Assembly (NCBI GenBank): GCA_938075155.1
Contig: CALJGL010000011.1
Location: forward strand, 78,992 to 142,991
Source: an uncultured bacterium
GTDB lineage: Bacteria; Planctomycetota; UBA8108; UBA1146
Reading direction: 5' to 3'
DNA length: 64,000 bases
Shown here: positions 1 to 10,123 of the stretch, in pieces
Layout: every line of letters starts with the position of its first letter
How positions within the stretch are numbered: position 1 is the stretch's first letter
The notes under the pieces: model-generated
The model's input: only the letters and a program-made list of their open reading frames with translations
The model's database searches: none
Told to the model about the DNA's origin: nothing
Made by a program: the position numbers and the translations under genes

Positions 1-1128
1 GTCAACGAGACCTCGGTAAGTGTTTTGACCTTGGCCAGCGCTAATACCTTTGGAGATAATAGTGCTTCGGGTTCGCTTACCTAGATGAACCATTTTGGTA
101 CCGGTATCAGCCTGTTGATGATTATTGGTCAAGGCCACTGAATAGAACTCTCCAATAGAGTCGTCCCCTTGGAGAATGCAAGAAGGATACTTCCAAGTAA
201 TGGCGCTACCCGTCTCCACCTGAGTCCAGGAAATCTTGGAGCGATCTCCCTTACACAAGCCTCGCTTAGTGACAAAGTTGTAGATTCCGCCGACGCCATC
301 GGCATCGCCTGGATACCAATTTTGTACAGTGGAGTACTTAATGGTGGCGTCCTCTAGAGCGACGAGCTCAACCACAGCGGCGTGCAACTGGTTTTCATCT
401 CTCATGGGTGCAGTACACCCTTCCAGATAGGAAACCGTCGACTTCTCATCAGCAACGATCAGGGTTCGCTCAAACTGACCAGTTCCTGCGGCATTGATTC
501 GGAAGTACGTCGACAACTCCATAGGGCAGGCCACTCCCTTAGGGATGTAGCAGAATGATCCATCGGAGAAGACCGCAGCATTGAGTGCCGAGTAAAAGTT
601 ATCTGTGTATGGAACGACCGAGCCCAGATACTTCTTAATCAGATCCGGATGTTCTTTCACAGCGTCACTGAATGAACCGAAGATAATTCCCAGTTCAGCC
701 AGTTTATCGCTGAAGGTCGTGGCCACAGAAACACTATCAAAGACAGCGTCCACAGCCACATTGCTCAGACGTTTTTGCTCTTCTAAGGAAATCCCCAACT
801 TCTCAAATGTTTCAAGAAGTTCAGGATCCACTTCATCGAGACTATCCAGCTGTTTTTTTGGCTTAGGAGCACTGTAGTAAATCAGGTCTTGGTAGTTGAC
901 CGTATTCTTATTAACCTTCGCCCAAGCGGGATCCTCCATGGTTTGCCAATGACGAAACGCCTTCAGACGAAAATCAAGAAGCCAATCAGGCTCCCCTTTT
1001 CGTTTGACGATTTCGCGGATGGTGTCTTCATCAAGTCCCGGAGGTATAGAATCCGCCTCGACATCAGTGACGAAACCGAATTCATATTCCTTGTCGGCAA
1101 GTTTCTGTAACTCTTCTGCTTCAGACAT
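1..1128 (-). CDS. sufB: Fe-S cluster assembly protein SufB (N-terminal ~375 aa; C-terminus lies beyond the window start)
   Basis: The minus strand reads as one open frame from ATG (rc of cat 1126-1128) to position 1. It translates to [19 protein letters not shown]...[76 protein letters not shown], a textbook SufB sequence. It is missing from the ORF track because it has no in-window stop. Confidence 0.9.
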   Translation of the reverse strand, partial: MSEAEELQKLADKEYEFGFVTDVEADSIPPGLDEDTIREIVKRKGEPDWLLDFRLKAFRHWQTMEDPAWAKVNKNTVNYQDLIYYSAPKPKKQLDSLDEVDPELLETFEKLGISLEEQKRLSNVAVDAVFDSVSVATTFSDKLAELGIIFGSFSDAVKEHPDLIKKYLGSVVPYTDNFYSALNAAVFSDGSFCYIPKGVACPMELSTYFRINAAGTGQFERTLIVADEKSTVSYLEGCTAPMRDENQLHAAVVELVALEDATIKYSTVQNWYPGDADGVGGIYNFVTKRGLCKGDRSKISWTQVETGSAITWKYPSCILQGDDSIGEFYSVALTNNHQQADTGTKMVHLGKRTRSTIISKGISAGQGQNTYRGLVD

Positions 1129-1609
1129 TCTTGTCCTTCATTCTCCCTTGTTCGGTCTCTGAGATTTTTCCAGCGGCAGCCAGCACTCCACCCGGAATAG
1201 CCATCTGCTCAAGCGTGATATTCTCCAGAGTCTCAACAATTCGATCGTTGATAAATTTCCAATTTTCACTCATCGGGCACAGTGATCCCACGTCACATTG
1301 ATCTGGTCCACCCTCCGCACAGTCGGTCATGGCAATGGGACCATCGAGGGCCGTGATCACCTGCTGAATCGAAATCTCTGCTGAAGGACGAGATAATTGG
1401 TATCCGCCTTGGACACCCCTTCTCGATTCGAGGATTTCCCCCCGAACCAAAGCTTTCAAAATCTTGCTGACATTGGGCAGTGCGAGCCCTGAGGTCATAG
1501 CGATTTCCGGAGCAGAAAGAAGACGACGGGGGTGCTCCCCCTCACCTTCCCTGATCAGGCAGGTCAGAATCATGATTCCGTAATCGGTTTGACGATTCAG
1601 GCGCAACAT
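1121..1609 (-). CDS. Rrf2-family transcriptional regulator (IscR/SufR-like), immediately upstream of sufB
   Basis: [111 protein letters not shown] is a typical Rrf2 wHTH plus Cys-ligand region. The track ORF extends to 1801, but the internal Met at 1609 gives the family-typical ~163 aa and has GAGG 2-5 nt upstream. The stop lies 4 nt from the sufB start. Confidence 0.8.
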   Translation of the reverse strand: MLRLNRQTDYGIMILTCLIREGEGEHPRRLLSAPEIAMTSGLALPNVSKILKALVRGEILESRRGVQGGYQLSRPSAEISIQQVITALDGPIAMTDCAEGGPDQCDVGSLCPMSENWKFINDRIVETLENITLEQMAIPGGVLAAAGKISETEQGRMKDKNV

Positions 1610-1827
1610 ACCTCGAATACCCTTTCCGGTTCTCTCCGTGCCTCCTGTGTCACTTCGTGGTGATTTCATCCCGCCGAAGACCCCAGGAAAACTCAAATGA
1701 GGACCAATCTGGTCCTGATTAGATTCTCCCACTCTGGGGGTAACCGTCAAGTGATCCCACAAGTGAAGTTGGGTCTGGTGGTTGAATTGCCTTCCAACCA
1801 CTAAACTCCCATGGACAGGAGAGTGAT

Positions 1828-2787
1828 TTGAAAGAAACCCAAGACCAACCGAATCAGCCCGATTCTTCGAAAAACGAGGATCCGGGGCTCATTTCGGACC
1901 TCATTCAACTGGCCAAACCTAGACTCACGCTCCTAGTCGTCATCACCGCGAGCCTGGGTGTCGCGACCTCATGGTCGTTTACTGACGTGAGTTCTTTTAG
2001 AGGGACGACCGATCAATGGCTCGATCGTTGGGGAGCACTGCTCGCCATCTCTGCAGGAACCGCCCTCCTCGCTGCGGCAGCAAATTCCTTGAACATGCTA
2101 TGGGAACGTAAACAAGACCAACTGATGAAGCGCACGGCTGTCAGAGCAACAGCAAGGGGAAGAGTCGGAGCAGGGATCGTTATTCCCTATTCATTCATAA
2201 CGGGATCACTCGGTAGCTATATGGTCTGGCAGGGTGGAACTGTCTTCGCTGCAATTCTCGGTATCGTCAGTCTCTTGCTCTACGTTCTTGTCTACACTCC
2301 GTTAAAAATGCGAACGACTCTCAACACACTCTTTGGTGCTATACCCGGAGCACTTCCGCCCATGATTGGTTGGTGCGGGGCCGGTGGATCACCTTTACAT
2401 CCTGTAGGGCTAACACTCTTTGGCATTCTCTTTATTTGGCAGATACCCCATTTTCTCGCGATCGCTTGGATGCACCGAGCCGAATACGAAAAAGCAGGAT
2501 TCAGAATGCTTCCCAGCATCGACAAAGATGGGCATCGCACTGCACTGACCGCGCTACTCTGGTCACTGCTTCTTTGGGGCGTCAGTCTCATTCCAACATT
2601 GATGCAAACAGCGGGCTGGATCTATTTGGGAGTTTCGAGCTTGGGTGGAATATATATGTCATACAGATCCTACCAACTGCTTAAAGAGAGAAGCCGCCCT
2701 GCTGCTAGAAGTTTGTTTTTCGCAAGCCTGTTGTACCTTCCGATCGTACTGGGAGCACTCGTTGCAGATGCGGGTCCCATTTCATGA
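1828..2787 (+). CDS. ctaB: Protoheme IX farnesyltransferase (heme O synthase), UbiA family
   Basis: 319 aa polytopic protein with LAKPRLTLLVVITASLGV and other UbiA/CyoE-type motifs. TTG start is preceded by AGGAG 8 nt upstream. Sits next to the oxidase genes. Confidence 0.85.
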   Translation: MKETQDQPNQPDSSKNEDPGLISDLIQLAKPRLTLLVVITASLGVATSWSFTDVSSFRGTTDQWLDRWGALLAISAGTALLAAAANSLNMLWERKQDQLMKRTAVRATARGRVGAGIVIPYSFITGSLGSYMVWQGGTVFAAILGIVSLLLYVLVYTPLKMRTTLNTLFGAIPGALPPMIGWCGAGGSPLHPVGLTLFGILFIWQIPHFLAIAWMHRAEYEKAGFRMLPSIDKDGHRTALTALLWSLLLWGVSLIPTLMQTAGWIYLGVSSLGGIYMSYRSYQLLKERSRPAARSLFFASLLYLPIVLGALVADAGPIS

Positions 2788-3758
2788 ACAGACCCGTTTC
2801 CTCAAAAGGAGATCGATTCAAGTTCAGAGCTTTGATACTGGTGCTCTCAGTGCTCCTTGTTTCCGTCGCAGCATGGCGAATACCACATCTTTCCAGAGCT
2901 CTTCAAGAAGCCCAGCGTCTCGGACCTCAAGGCTTCAAGACCAACGGATTCGATATTCCAGAATCTCTGATAGAAGACCCCACCTTCGTGCGCTGGGGAG
3001 TCCCTGGGCAAATCACATCGGTCGATATGCCCGAAGTATGGGGACAAGCAAAAGTCATAGAACTCGGATCCTCGTTCAGAAAAAGGTTTCTAGTTTCTTC
3101 CAGCGAAGTCGTAGGTGTTCGTTTTAACGGAGAATCTCGTGCCTACCCACTGAGGCTTCTTCAATGGCACGAAGTCGTCAACGACGTCGTCGGCGGTGTG
3201 CCTATATGCGTGATTTATCACCCACTGTCAGAAACTCTCTGCGTCTTTGAACGCAAATCGACATCGACCTCTGTAGAACCTCCTCTCTTTGGAACGAGCG
3301 GTTTGATTCTCGATTGTTGCTTGTTGATTCACGATCGCTTGGGACCAGATCAACGAAAACTCGAAAGTCTATGGAGTCCGGTCGATGGGAAAGCCCTCTT
3401 CGGTCCTCGATCTGGAGAAGAACTCCAACTGCTTCCCTTTTCCCTGACGACTTGGAATGAGTGGCTAGAAGAATCTCCGTCTACAGACGTGATGGCCATG
3501 CTCGAATCACATCGCAACTACTACAAGAAAGAGCCTTATCTTCCTTATCGCCAACGTGATTTACCTCGGTATCCGTTTGCCCCAGTTGCCAAAGATACAT
3601 ATAAAAATCTCGCAAGAGTTCAACTGACCCGAGATTCAGGCCAATGGCGAGTAGCGATCGTCGACGAGGATCAATTCCGTATTGATAATGGGGCGTATGC
3701 CGTCAGTTCCTGGTTTGCTGTTCATGCCCGGGAACTAGAGTTCGAGACGCCCCGATAA
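2784..3758 (+). CDS. DUF3179-like protein with an N-terminal membrane anchor, translationally coupled (ATGA) to ctaB
   Basis: 324 aa with an N-terminal TM segment. Motifs RAYPLRLLQWHEVVNDVVGGVPICVIYHPLSETLCVFER...FGTSGL...SLWSP...GPRSGEELQLLPFSLTTWNEWL recall the DUF3179 pattern as I remember it. Family assignment is from memory, not a search. Confidence 0.5.
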   Translation: MNRPVSSKGDRFKFRALILVLSVLLVSVAAWRIPHLSRALQEAQRLGPQGFKTNGFDIPESLIEDPTFVRWGVPGQITSVDMPEVWGQAKVIELGSSFRKRFLVSSSEVVGVRFNGESRAYPLRLLQWHEVVNDVVGGVPICVIYHPLSETLCVFERKSTSTSVEPPLFGTSGLILDCCLLIHDRLGPDQRKLESLWSPVDGKALFGPRSGEELQLLPFSLTTWNEWLEESPSTDVMAMLESHRNYYKKEPYLPYRQRDLPRYPFAPVAKDTYKNLARVQLTRDSGQWRVAIVDEDQFRIDNGAYAVSSWFAVHARELEFETPR

Positions 3759-3782
3759 AGGACGTGCTCTCCATCAAAAGGG

Positions 3783-4397
3783 CTAAGCGAGCCATAGTAG
3801 GAATGCGAATAATCCTACCCAGACTCCTCCGAGAAAGTGCCAATACAATGTGACTTGCTGGACGGTGATATGATGCAGACTCCAGTAGCCACCGCGCGTT
3901 GCATAAGAAGTCACATAAGCCTGAAAAACCAATCCACCCGCTAAGTGCAGTGCATGAATCAATCCAAGAGCATAAATAGTCCAGCCATGGAGAGAAGAAC
4001 TGGCATTAAAGCTCCCATCTCCTCCTGACAACATCTGCTGCCAAACCTGTTCCTGCAGAAATAGAAAAACAAATCCAAGAATCAGGACCAGCCACATGCA
4101 AGCCTTAAAGAGGCGAAGCGAATCCTCTCTGACAGAGGACAATCCCAGCTGAGAAAACACACTAATTAAAAGGATGACACCCGTGCTGACCCAGGCAAGG
4201 TCGGGAATAGGAGGGGCATTTTCTCCCCAGTTGGGAGAAGAATTCCTAATGATAACGATCCCGATGATACTCGCGATGAAGAAGACACCTATTGAGGACA
4301 AGAAGAGCCACATTCCCATGCGAATAGCGATGGGATTTGGGGGAGACGGTAACGTCTCCCCTTCCTCTAACCTTGATTGCAAAGACTCCTCGGTCAA
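3783..4397 (-). CDS. Cytochrome c oxidase subunit III-like protein (second CoxIII-family gene)
   Basis: 204 aa, about 5 TM segments. LHGWTIYALGLIHALHLAGGLVFQAY...YWHFLGGVWVGLFAFLLW is the CoxIII C-terminal helix signature. Confidence 0.7.
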   Translation of the reverse strand: MTEESLQSRLEEGETLPSPPNPIAIRMGMWLFLSSIGVFFIASIIGIVIIRNSSPNWGENAPPIPDLAWVSTGVILLISVFSQLGLSSVREDSLRLFKACMWLVLILGFVFLFLQEQVWQQMLSGGDGSFNASSSLHGWTIYALGLIHALHLAGGLVFQAYVTSYATRGGYWSLHHITVQQVTLYWHFLGGVWVGLFAFLLWLA

Positions 4398-4428
4398 TTC
4401 CTTCTCCGGTCAGAAGTTCTGACGAAAT

Positions 4429-4932
4429 CTAGTCGCTGGGATTAAACTGCGTCTCAAGTATTGTCGGATCCACGATCAGGTTTTCCTTGTACTCACCGGT
4501 ATCGAGAAGGGCAAAGCCCAAAAAGATTCCAAGGAAAAGAAATGACCCGACGAGAATGATGGCATTGAAGGGTCTATCCCACCTCAAGTGCATGAAATAC
4601 AACGAGACCAAAATGGCTTTAATGGTTGCGACACCCATTGCCACGATGATGTTCAGGGACCCTAAGTCGATGTAAGAAACTCCTACGGTGATCCATGTTA
4701 AAAACAAGAGAGCCGTCAGAATTGTCATCATTAGAACCGTAGGGGTCATATGACCCACAACCGGATGAGGATCCTTGGTTCCTTTAGTCATCTTCCCCAC
4801 CACAAGAGTGACAAGGAGACTTAAAAAGGCTGCCGACAGGATGAGCCAGTCGACGTTATTCAGAAGTTTTTCAACGATGCTCATGATGCCTCCTATTCCA
4901 CAAGGTAAAGCAAGGGAAAGAGGTAAATCCAA
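4429..4932 (-). CDS. ctaF: Cytochrome c oxidase subunit IV (small prokaryotic caa3-type subunit)
   Basis: About 150 aa with 3-4 TM helices and ...SLYFMHLRWDRPFNAIILVGSF..., at the subunit IV position downstream of CoxIII. True start is probably the internal MSIVEK (~4884), giving a short overlap with ctaE. Confidence 0.65.
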   Translation of the reverse strand: MDLPLSLALPCGIGGIMSIVEKLLNNVDWLILSAAFLSLLVTLVVGKMTKGTKDPHPVVGHMTPTVLMMTILTALLFLTWITVGVSYIDLGSLNIIVAMGVATIKAILVSLYFMHLRWDRPFNAIILVGSFLFLGIFLGFALLDTGEYKENLIVDPTILETQFNPSD

Positions 4933-5855
4933 ATCAGATCCACCAAGTGCCAGTACAAACCACCCAAGTCCACCGGGGTGAAGAATTCAGGACCGATACG
5001 GCCCTTCGCTACCAGCACCATCAACCAGACCATGACGGCCATGCCGATCAACACGTGAATCCCATGGAGTCCCGTTAAACAGAAGTAGATACTGAAGAAC
5101 ACATGAGCATTGGGTGGCCTGGCCGATTTCGGCAGTTCCGCAGGGGGGATATATAACCCCTCGCCTTCCGGATGACCGCTCTGCTTTTCGATCTCCATGT
5201 CGATTTCATCCTGATTGATAGCCCGTCCTCCGGGAGCCATCGCTGGAGTTTTGACCTGCCCCTTCGCCTTGGGCTCAATCAACACCACTTCTGCAAGTGG
5301 ACGAGAGATATCGGTCTTTTGTGCAACCACATTGAGTTCGAGGAGATCCCTCTCCGCCTCTGCCGTTGTAACAGTGGCGTATGAGAAACTCTGGCCTGGG
5401 AAGAGTCCCTCATGGAATTTTTTCGAGTACTCAATGTACTTGATTCCCATGAAGCCCAATCCGCATACGAATGTGATGGATAGAAAAAACAGAATTCTGT
5501 TTTTACGACCCAGCTGCGCTTCACGAACGGCGAGAGCCATCGTCAAGGAAGAGAACAGCAAGACCATCGTATTCGTGGCTCCCCATCTCTTGTCGAGGAA
5601 CTGGTGTCCCCATTCAAAGAGCTCGGGATGGTTCGCCTTGTAAACAGTGTAGAAACAGAACAATCCCCCGAAGAGAAGAACCTCGGTTGCCAGAAATAGC
5701 CACATTCCGAGCTTACCTGCTTCGAATTGTTGCTGAAGACTGTCAAAGTGGTGCGCGAGATGAGGAGAGTGGCCATGGCCATGCCCATCACCGTGTTCAC
5801 CGGCAGCTTCTTCGGGTTTTTCCTGATGCGCGTCGCCGCTCATCTTATCTCCCAT
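4893..5855 (-). CDS. ctaE: Cytochrome c oxidase subunit III with a ~100 aa hydrophilic insertion
   Basis: N-terminal His-rich tail (HGDGHGHGHSPH), then GMWLFLATEVLLFGGLF...GLHGIHVLIGMAVMVWLMV...YWHLVDLIWIYLFPLLYLVE. A charged, non-membrane insert (AEAERDLLELN...PPAELPKSARPP) lies between helices. Confidence 0.85.
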   Translation of the reverse strand: MGDKMSGDAHQEKPEEAAGEHGDGHGHGHSPHLAHHFDSLQQQFEAGKLGMWLFLATEVLLFGGLFCFYTVYKANHPELFEWGHQFLDKRWGATNTMVLLFSSLTMALAVREAQLGRKNRILFFLSITFVCGLGFMGIKYIEYSKKFHEGLFPGQSFSYATVTTAEAERDLLELNVVAQKTDISRPLAEVVLIEPKAKGQVKTPAMAPGGRAINQDEIDMEIEKQSGHPEGEGLYIPPAELPKSARPPNAHVFFSIYFCLTGLHGIHVLIGMAVMVWLMVLVAKGRIGPEFFTPVDLGGLYWHLVDLIWIYLFPLLYLVE

Positions 5856-5857
5856 CT

Positions 5858-7597
5858 TCAGGCCAAGCCTTTAGAGCTCTGGCTGGAGTAGTTCCCGGTT
5901 ACGGGATCATAGTCGAATTGATCGAGTTCGTATGGATCTGTCGCAGAAGGAACCCCGTGGAAGTTTTCCAGAGGAGGTGGCGACGGTGTATGCCACTCAA
6001 GACTGTTTCCACCCCATGGATTCATCGGAGCTTTCTTGCCCGATACCAGCGATTGGATCAGATAGAAAGCTGTCAGGAAGAATCCCGCAGCCATCACGTA
6101 TGAACCAATCGTCGAAAGTTGGTGGTAGATTTGAAACTTGTCTTCATATGTGTAGTAACGACGAGGCATACCCAGTGAGCCCATGACAAACTGCGGAATG
6201 AACGTCAAATTGAATCCAATGAATACAAGCATGCACGCGATGCGGCCCCAGAATTCATTGAACATGCGACCCGTCATTTTTGGCCACCAATGGTGAAGTC
6301 CCCCAACAAACGCGATCAAGGCACTTCCCATCATGACGTAATGAAAGTGTGCGACCACGAAGTAGGTGTCGTGCAGATGGGTATCAATACTCAATACGCC
6401 TAGGAACAAACCTGTCAATCCGCCGATGGTGAATAGGAATATAAAGGCGATACCGTAAAGCATTGATGTGTTGAGATTGATGGACCCTTTGTACATCGTT
6501 GCTATCCAGTTGAAGACCTTGATCGCGGAAGGGATTCCCACAGAGAAGGTAATACCACTGAAGATGATGTTCATCATAGTGGACTGACCACTCGTGAACA
6601 TGTGGTGACCCCAAACGATGAAGGAGAAGATAGCAATCGCAACTGACGAGTATGCGATGTAACGGTATCCAAAGATTCTTTTGTGACTATGAACCGCGAT
6701 GATTTCACTGATCACTCCCATGGCAGGGATAATCATGATGTAAACCGCGGGGTGACTGTAGAACCAAAAGAAGTGCTGGTAGAGAACCGGGTCTCCTCCG
6801 TTTTGCGGATCGAAGATTCCAATTCCAAGGGTTCTCTCAAGAATCAAAAGCAGAAGCGTGATTCCAAGAACCGGAGTGGCCAAGACCTGAATGACAGCCG
6901 TTGAATAGGTCGCCCACAGGAACAAAGGCATGTTGAACCAAGTCATCCCCTTGGGTCGCATCTTGTGAATCGTCACAATGAAGTTGAGACCCGTGAAGAT
7001 ACTCGAGAAACCCAATATGAAGACGCCGACGACAGCAGGAATAACCGCTGTTGGCGAACTCGTACTGTATGGAGTGTAAAAGGTCCAACCCGTGTCCACG
7101 CCGCCACTGAAGAGCACGTAGACAAAGAAAGCTGCCCCGGACACCCAGAGATAGAATGATCCAAGGTTCAATCGTGGGAATGCCACGTCCTTCGCCCCCA
7201 ATAGGAGCGGCAGGACAAAGTTTCCAAGTGCAGCGGGCACTCCTGGAATGATGACCAGAAACACCATGATCGCACCGTGGGTTGTAAACCACTGGTTGTA
7301 CAGATCCGCCTGCGCCCCTGCATCACTTCCGGCAAACAGCGGCGTGATCAGCGGGATGGGAGAAAATAGTTCAGTTCTTACAAGAAGAGCGAACACTCCT
7401 CCAAGAAGAAACATCGACAGGACTCCCACCAGATACATCAAGCCAATACGCTTGTGATCAAGAGTGAACATCCAGGACGTCAACGTGTTCGTAACCGTCA
7501 GGTAACTGGGTCCGGAAATCTTCGTCTCATGAGAAGTCTGCTCGACTTCCTGAGAAGAGAGATCGGATCCAGTAGAGGCCTTTTCGTCGGGATTCAT
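5858..7597 (-). CDS. ctaD: Cytochrome c oxidase subunit I (heme-copper oxidase catalytic subunit)
   Basis: 579 aa. Carries WFFGHPEVY-type motifs, the His ligands (HHMF, HFHYV) and 12 or more TM segments. Unambiguous. Confidence 0.95.
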   Translation of the reverse strand: MNPDEKASTGSDLSSQEVEQTSHETKISGPSYLTVTNTLTSWMFTLDHKRIGLMYLVGVLSMFLLGGVFALLVRTELFSPIPLITPLFAGSDAGAQADLYNQWFTTHGAIMVFLVIIPGVPAALGNFVLPLLLGAKDVAFPRLNLGSFYLWVSGAAFFVYVLFSGGVDTGWTFYTPYSTSSPTAVIPAVVGVFILGFSSIFTGLNFIVTIHKMRPKGMTWFNMPLFLWATYSTAVIQVLATPVLGITLLLLILERTLGIGIFDPQNGGDPVLYQHFFWFYSHPAVYIMIIPAMGVISEIIAVHSHKRIFGYRYIAYSSVAIAIFSFIVWGHHMFTSGQSTMMNIIFSGITFSVGIPSAIKVFNWIATMYKGSINLNTSMLYGIAFIFLFTIGGLTGLFLGVLSIDTHLHDTYFVVAHFHYVMMGSALIAFVGGLHHWWPKMTGRMFNEFWGRIACMLVFIGFNLTFIPQFVMGSLGMPRRYYTYEDKFQIYHQLSTIGSYVMAAGFFLTAFYLIQSLVSGKKAPMNPWGGNSLEWHTPSPPPLENFHGVPSATDPYELDQFDYDPVTGNYSSQSSKGLA

Positions 7598-7611
7598 TAT
7601 TGCGCTCCTTA

Positions 7612-8700
7612 CTACCTGAGGCTCTTGATGAACTCAGTGACCCAAAGGATCTCTTTGTCCGTCAACTTGACCACTGGCATCTGCCCGGTGTAACCGTCAG
7701 ATATTTTTTTCATCGGATAGCGAATCGATTCTTCAATGTAACTCTCGTCGGCAATAGCACTCCCTAGAGTGCCATTCTCCGTGTACTTCCTCTCGCTACC
7801 AAAGAGGCCTTTCCACGTCGGGCCAGTTTTATTGGCGCCATCCAGACTGTGACAACTGACGCAGCCTTTTCGCTTCCATACGATTTCGCCCAATTCGGGA
7901 AATGGGAGAGCCTCGTCATAGGATGCCGCCACTGCTAACCACTTGTCGAAGTCTTCTTGGGAAGGGTGCACCACGACCTTGCTGTGCATCGCTGAGTGCC
8001 CCTGACCGCAATATTCTGAACAATATAGTGAGTACACTCCAGGTTCAGTGGCTTCGAACCACAACTGGCCAATACGTCCAGGTACGCAGTCTTTTTTCAC
8101 CCGGAATGCCGGAATGAAAAGGGAATGCAGAACGTCGGCGGCAAGTACATTCACCTGAACCGGTGTATTGACGGGAACATGAAGTCCCGCCTTTTCGAGT
8201 ACTTTGGCTTCGCGCTCAGCAGCTTGTTCAGCAGTCAAATCACCCGTGCGTAATGCATTACGGATCTCGTTGAAATCTTCCGAAGCACCAGAAACGACAG
8301 TACCACTCGCAGGGTAGGAGAAATTCCATGACCACTTCGCAGCCTCTGCTGTGATGACCATCGCGTTCGAAGGAGGTGTCGCCATGGCGACATAGCCCTT
8401 GTAGCCGTACCAGAACATCATCAGCGAAAGAATCACCGGGATACCCGTCCAGGCGATCTCAAGAATCAGATTGTGATCATTCTGACTCGTGGCTTTCTGT
8501 CCTTCTGGAGCACTAAACTTCCACATGAAGATAATGAGAAGCGCAGTGATCAGGACGAGAAAGAAGATGGAAACCCAATAGACGAAGTAAAAGTCGCCGT
8601 CTACGGTTGGAGCAAAGTTGGAGACGGACTCCGGAAGCCAAAAGGATGGTCCGGTTTGTGTCGCCAAGCTTTGGAAACTTGAAGTGAGGAAATGCATCAT
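7612..8700 (-). CDS. ctaC: Cytochrome c oxidase subunit II with fused C-terminal cytochrome c domain (caa3-type)
   Basis: Has the CuA site [13 protein letters not shown] and a C-terminal CVSCH heme-c motif (CxxCH), with two N-terminal TM helices. Confidence 0.9.
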   Translation of the reverse strand: MMHFLTSSFQSLATQTGPSFWLPESVSNFAPTVDGDFYFVYWVSIFFLVLITALLIIFMWKFSAPEGQKATSQNDHNLILEIAWTGIPVILSLMMFWYGYKGYVAMATPPSNAMVITAEAAKWSWNFSYPASGTVVSGASEDFNEIRNALRTGDLTAEQAAEREAKVLEKAGLHVPVNTPVQVNVLAADVLHSLFIPAFRVKKDCVPGRIGQLWFEATEPGVYSLYCSEYCGQGHSAMHSKVVVHPSQEDFDKWLAVAASYDEALPFPELGEIVWKRKGCVSCHSLDGANKTGPTWKGLFGSERKYTENGTLGSAIADESYIEESIRYPMKKISDGYTGQMPVVKLTDKEILWVTEFIKSLR

Positions 8701-8764
8701 GATGCCTGCTCTCTCTGAGAGTCACTGGAGTCGTTTTCAACCTCTTCAGGAATTGCTCGCATGA

Positions 8765-9718
8765 CTAAAACCGCCCCGTCCTTTTGAGGACTAGCAAAAA
8801 GCCCCCCAAACCCATTACCGTTACGAGCCCGCCGAGTCGCATGACCAAGAGTGCCGTTGGACCGTATCTCGCCTTACTGGGATCGTAAACAAAACAGGTC
8901 AATATAATCTGATCTGCCCAAGTCCCCACTTTACCGCTGGAGGCTTCGACAAGTGCAAGTCGAAGAGTCTGTGGATCAAATTCGATCCCTTGAAGAGTTC
9001 GTGTCAGTTTCCCCTCAGGAGAAAGGATGAATGCCCCTGCTCCATGAGCGTACTCTTGGTTGTAGTCGTTCCATTGATAGTCAAATCCGACGCTATCAGC
9101 GATCAGTCGTAAGTTGCTCTCAGCGCCTGTGAGGAAGTTCCAGCCTTCTGCGGATTGATCGGTACTCACGCCCGTCAACTCGGCTTCTTCTTTAAAGACG
9201 TCGACGAGAGCCCGCTTTCTGTTGCGAGCGTCGAGGGCGCTGTCTCTGGGGTCGATACTCATCGTCACAACTTTGTAGTCGACACCCAGCGTCAATCCAC
9301 ACTCTGCCATCGACTTGATCATATTTTCTACGACAAGATTGCAGAGCATCGGGCAACTGAAATATATCGGATTGAAAATAACGGGTAATCCGGATTTAAA
9401 AACCTCACCCAGTGGAACACGCTTACCATTTGCAAGGCGCACTTCCTGATCCAACGGAACGGTGTTCCCTAAGCGATCAGTAATCGTAATTCCTTCAATG
9501 GATTTCAAAACAGGATCGTGTTCCTGCTTGTTCAATTCTCCAGGTGGCACAGATGGCGCTTGGCCAAAAACGAATCCACTAGAGAAGATCGCGAGTAAAA
9601 GAGCCACCTTGGGAATTTGAAAACAATCTACGAGGCCCGAGCAAAGCTGCGCAATGCAGTGCCCTGCCGGGAGTTGCTGTCTCTTTACCAGAAGTGATCT
9701 CTTTTGCATGAGTTTCAT
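8765..9718 (-). CDS. SCO1/SenC-family copper chaperone (thioredoxin fold, CxxxC)
   Basis: N-terminal signal/anchor, a CPMLC CxxxC motif, a conserved His region and a C-terminal TM. Sits between ACIII and ctaC, the usual place for the CuA-insertion factor. Confidence 0.75.
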   Translation of the reverse strand: MKLMQKRSLLVKRQQLPAGHCIAQLCSGLVDCFQIPKVALLLAIFSSGFVFGQAPSVPPGELNKQEHDPVLKSIEGITITDRLGNTVPLDQEVRLANGKRVPLGEVFKSGLPVIFNPIYFSCPMLCNLVVENMIKSMAECGLTLGVDYKVVTMSIDPRDSALDARNRKRALVDVFKEEAELTGVSTDQSAEGWNFLTGAESNLRLIADSVGFDYQWNDYNQEYAHGAGAFILSPEGKLTRTLQGIEFDPQTLRLALVEASSGKVGTWADQIILTCFVYDPSKARYGPTALLVMRLGGLVTVMGLGGFLLVLKRTGRF

Positions 9719-9724
9719 GTCCGA

Positions 9725-10123
9725 TCAGTTCCCGGAAGTCCCGAATCGCTTCAGGACTTCTTCCTTACCCTGTTGTATCGGAATAGAGACGCGATTGTTG
9801 TCTCTATCCGTCCAGGAGTAGTTTTTCAGTTGAGAATTCTGGAGGCCTTGAACTTCTTCCAGCTCACGGCTTTGGTAGCGATTTCTTTCCTCAAGCACAG
9901 AGGCTTCTTCTACACCGGTCAGGAATACCAATAAGTATGCACTCACAACAAAAATGATAGTGAACACTATTCCGCCGTACCACGTTGGAATAGCACTCGG
10001 ATCATCTCCGGCACCTTCGAGTAAATGGGCGTCGTCCGCTGATTTATTTTCGTTCAACTTGAACTCCCTTCTATGCATTCTCGAATGCCAGAGATTCCGG
10101 CATTCTGGGATCTTTTTCCGCAA
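9725..10123 (-). CDS. Small single-TM membrane protein (candidate ACIII/oxidase accessory subunit)
   Basis: About 115-132 aa with one TM helix (IPTWYGGIVFTIIFVVSAYLLVFLTG) and a charged C-terminus. Wedged between actF and sco with overlapping ends. Likely start is the internal Met near 10078. Confidence 0.45.
   Translation of the reverse strand: MRKKIPECRNLWHSRMHRREFKLNENKSADDAHLLEGAGDDPSAIPTWYGGIVFTIIFVVSAYLLVFLTGVEEASVLEERNRYQSRELEEVQGLQNSQLKNYSWTDRDNNRVSIPIQQGKEEVLKRFGTSGN

Noticed and set aside
1610-1801. N-terminal extension of the Rrf2 ORF (track ORF 1121..1801, 226 aa)
   Set aside because: Rrf2 proteins are ~140-165 aa and begin with the MxL(S/T)... wHTH. The extension (MVGRQFNHQ...) has no family resemblance, so the internal Met at 1609 is preferred. 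Unresolved without RBS or transcript data.
2645-3127. 160 aa + strand ORF overlapping the ctaB end and the DUF3179 start
   Set aside because: It sits in a different frame and is fully overlapped by two better-supported genes. Composition is Arg/Ser-rich and typical of an out-of-frame translation.
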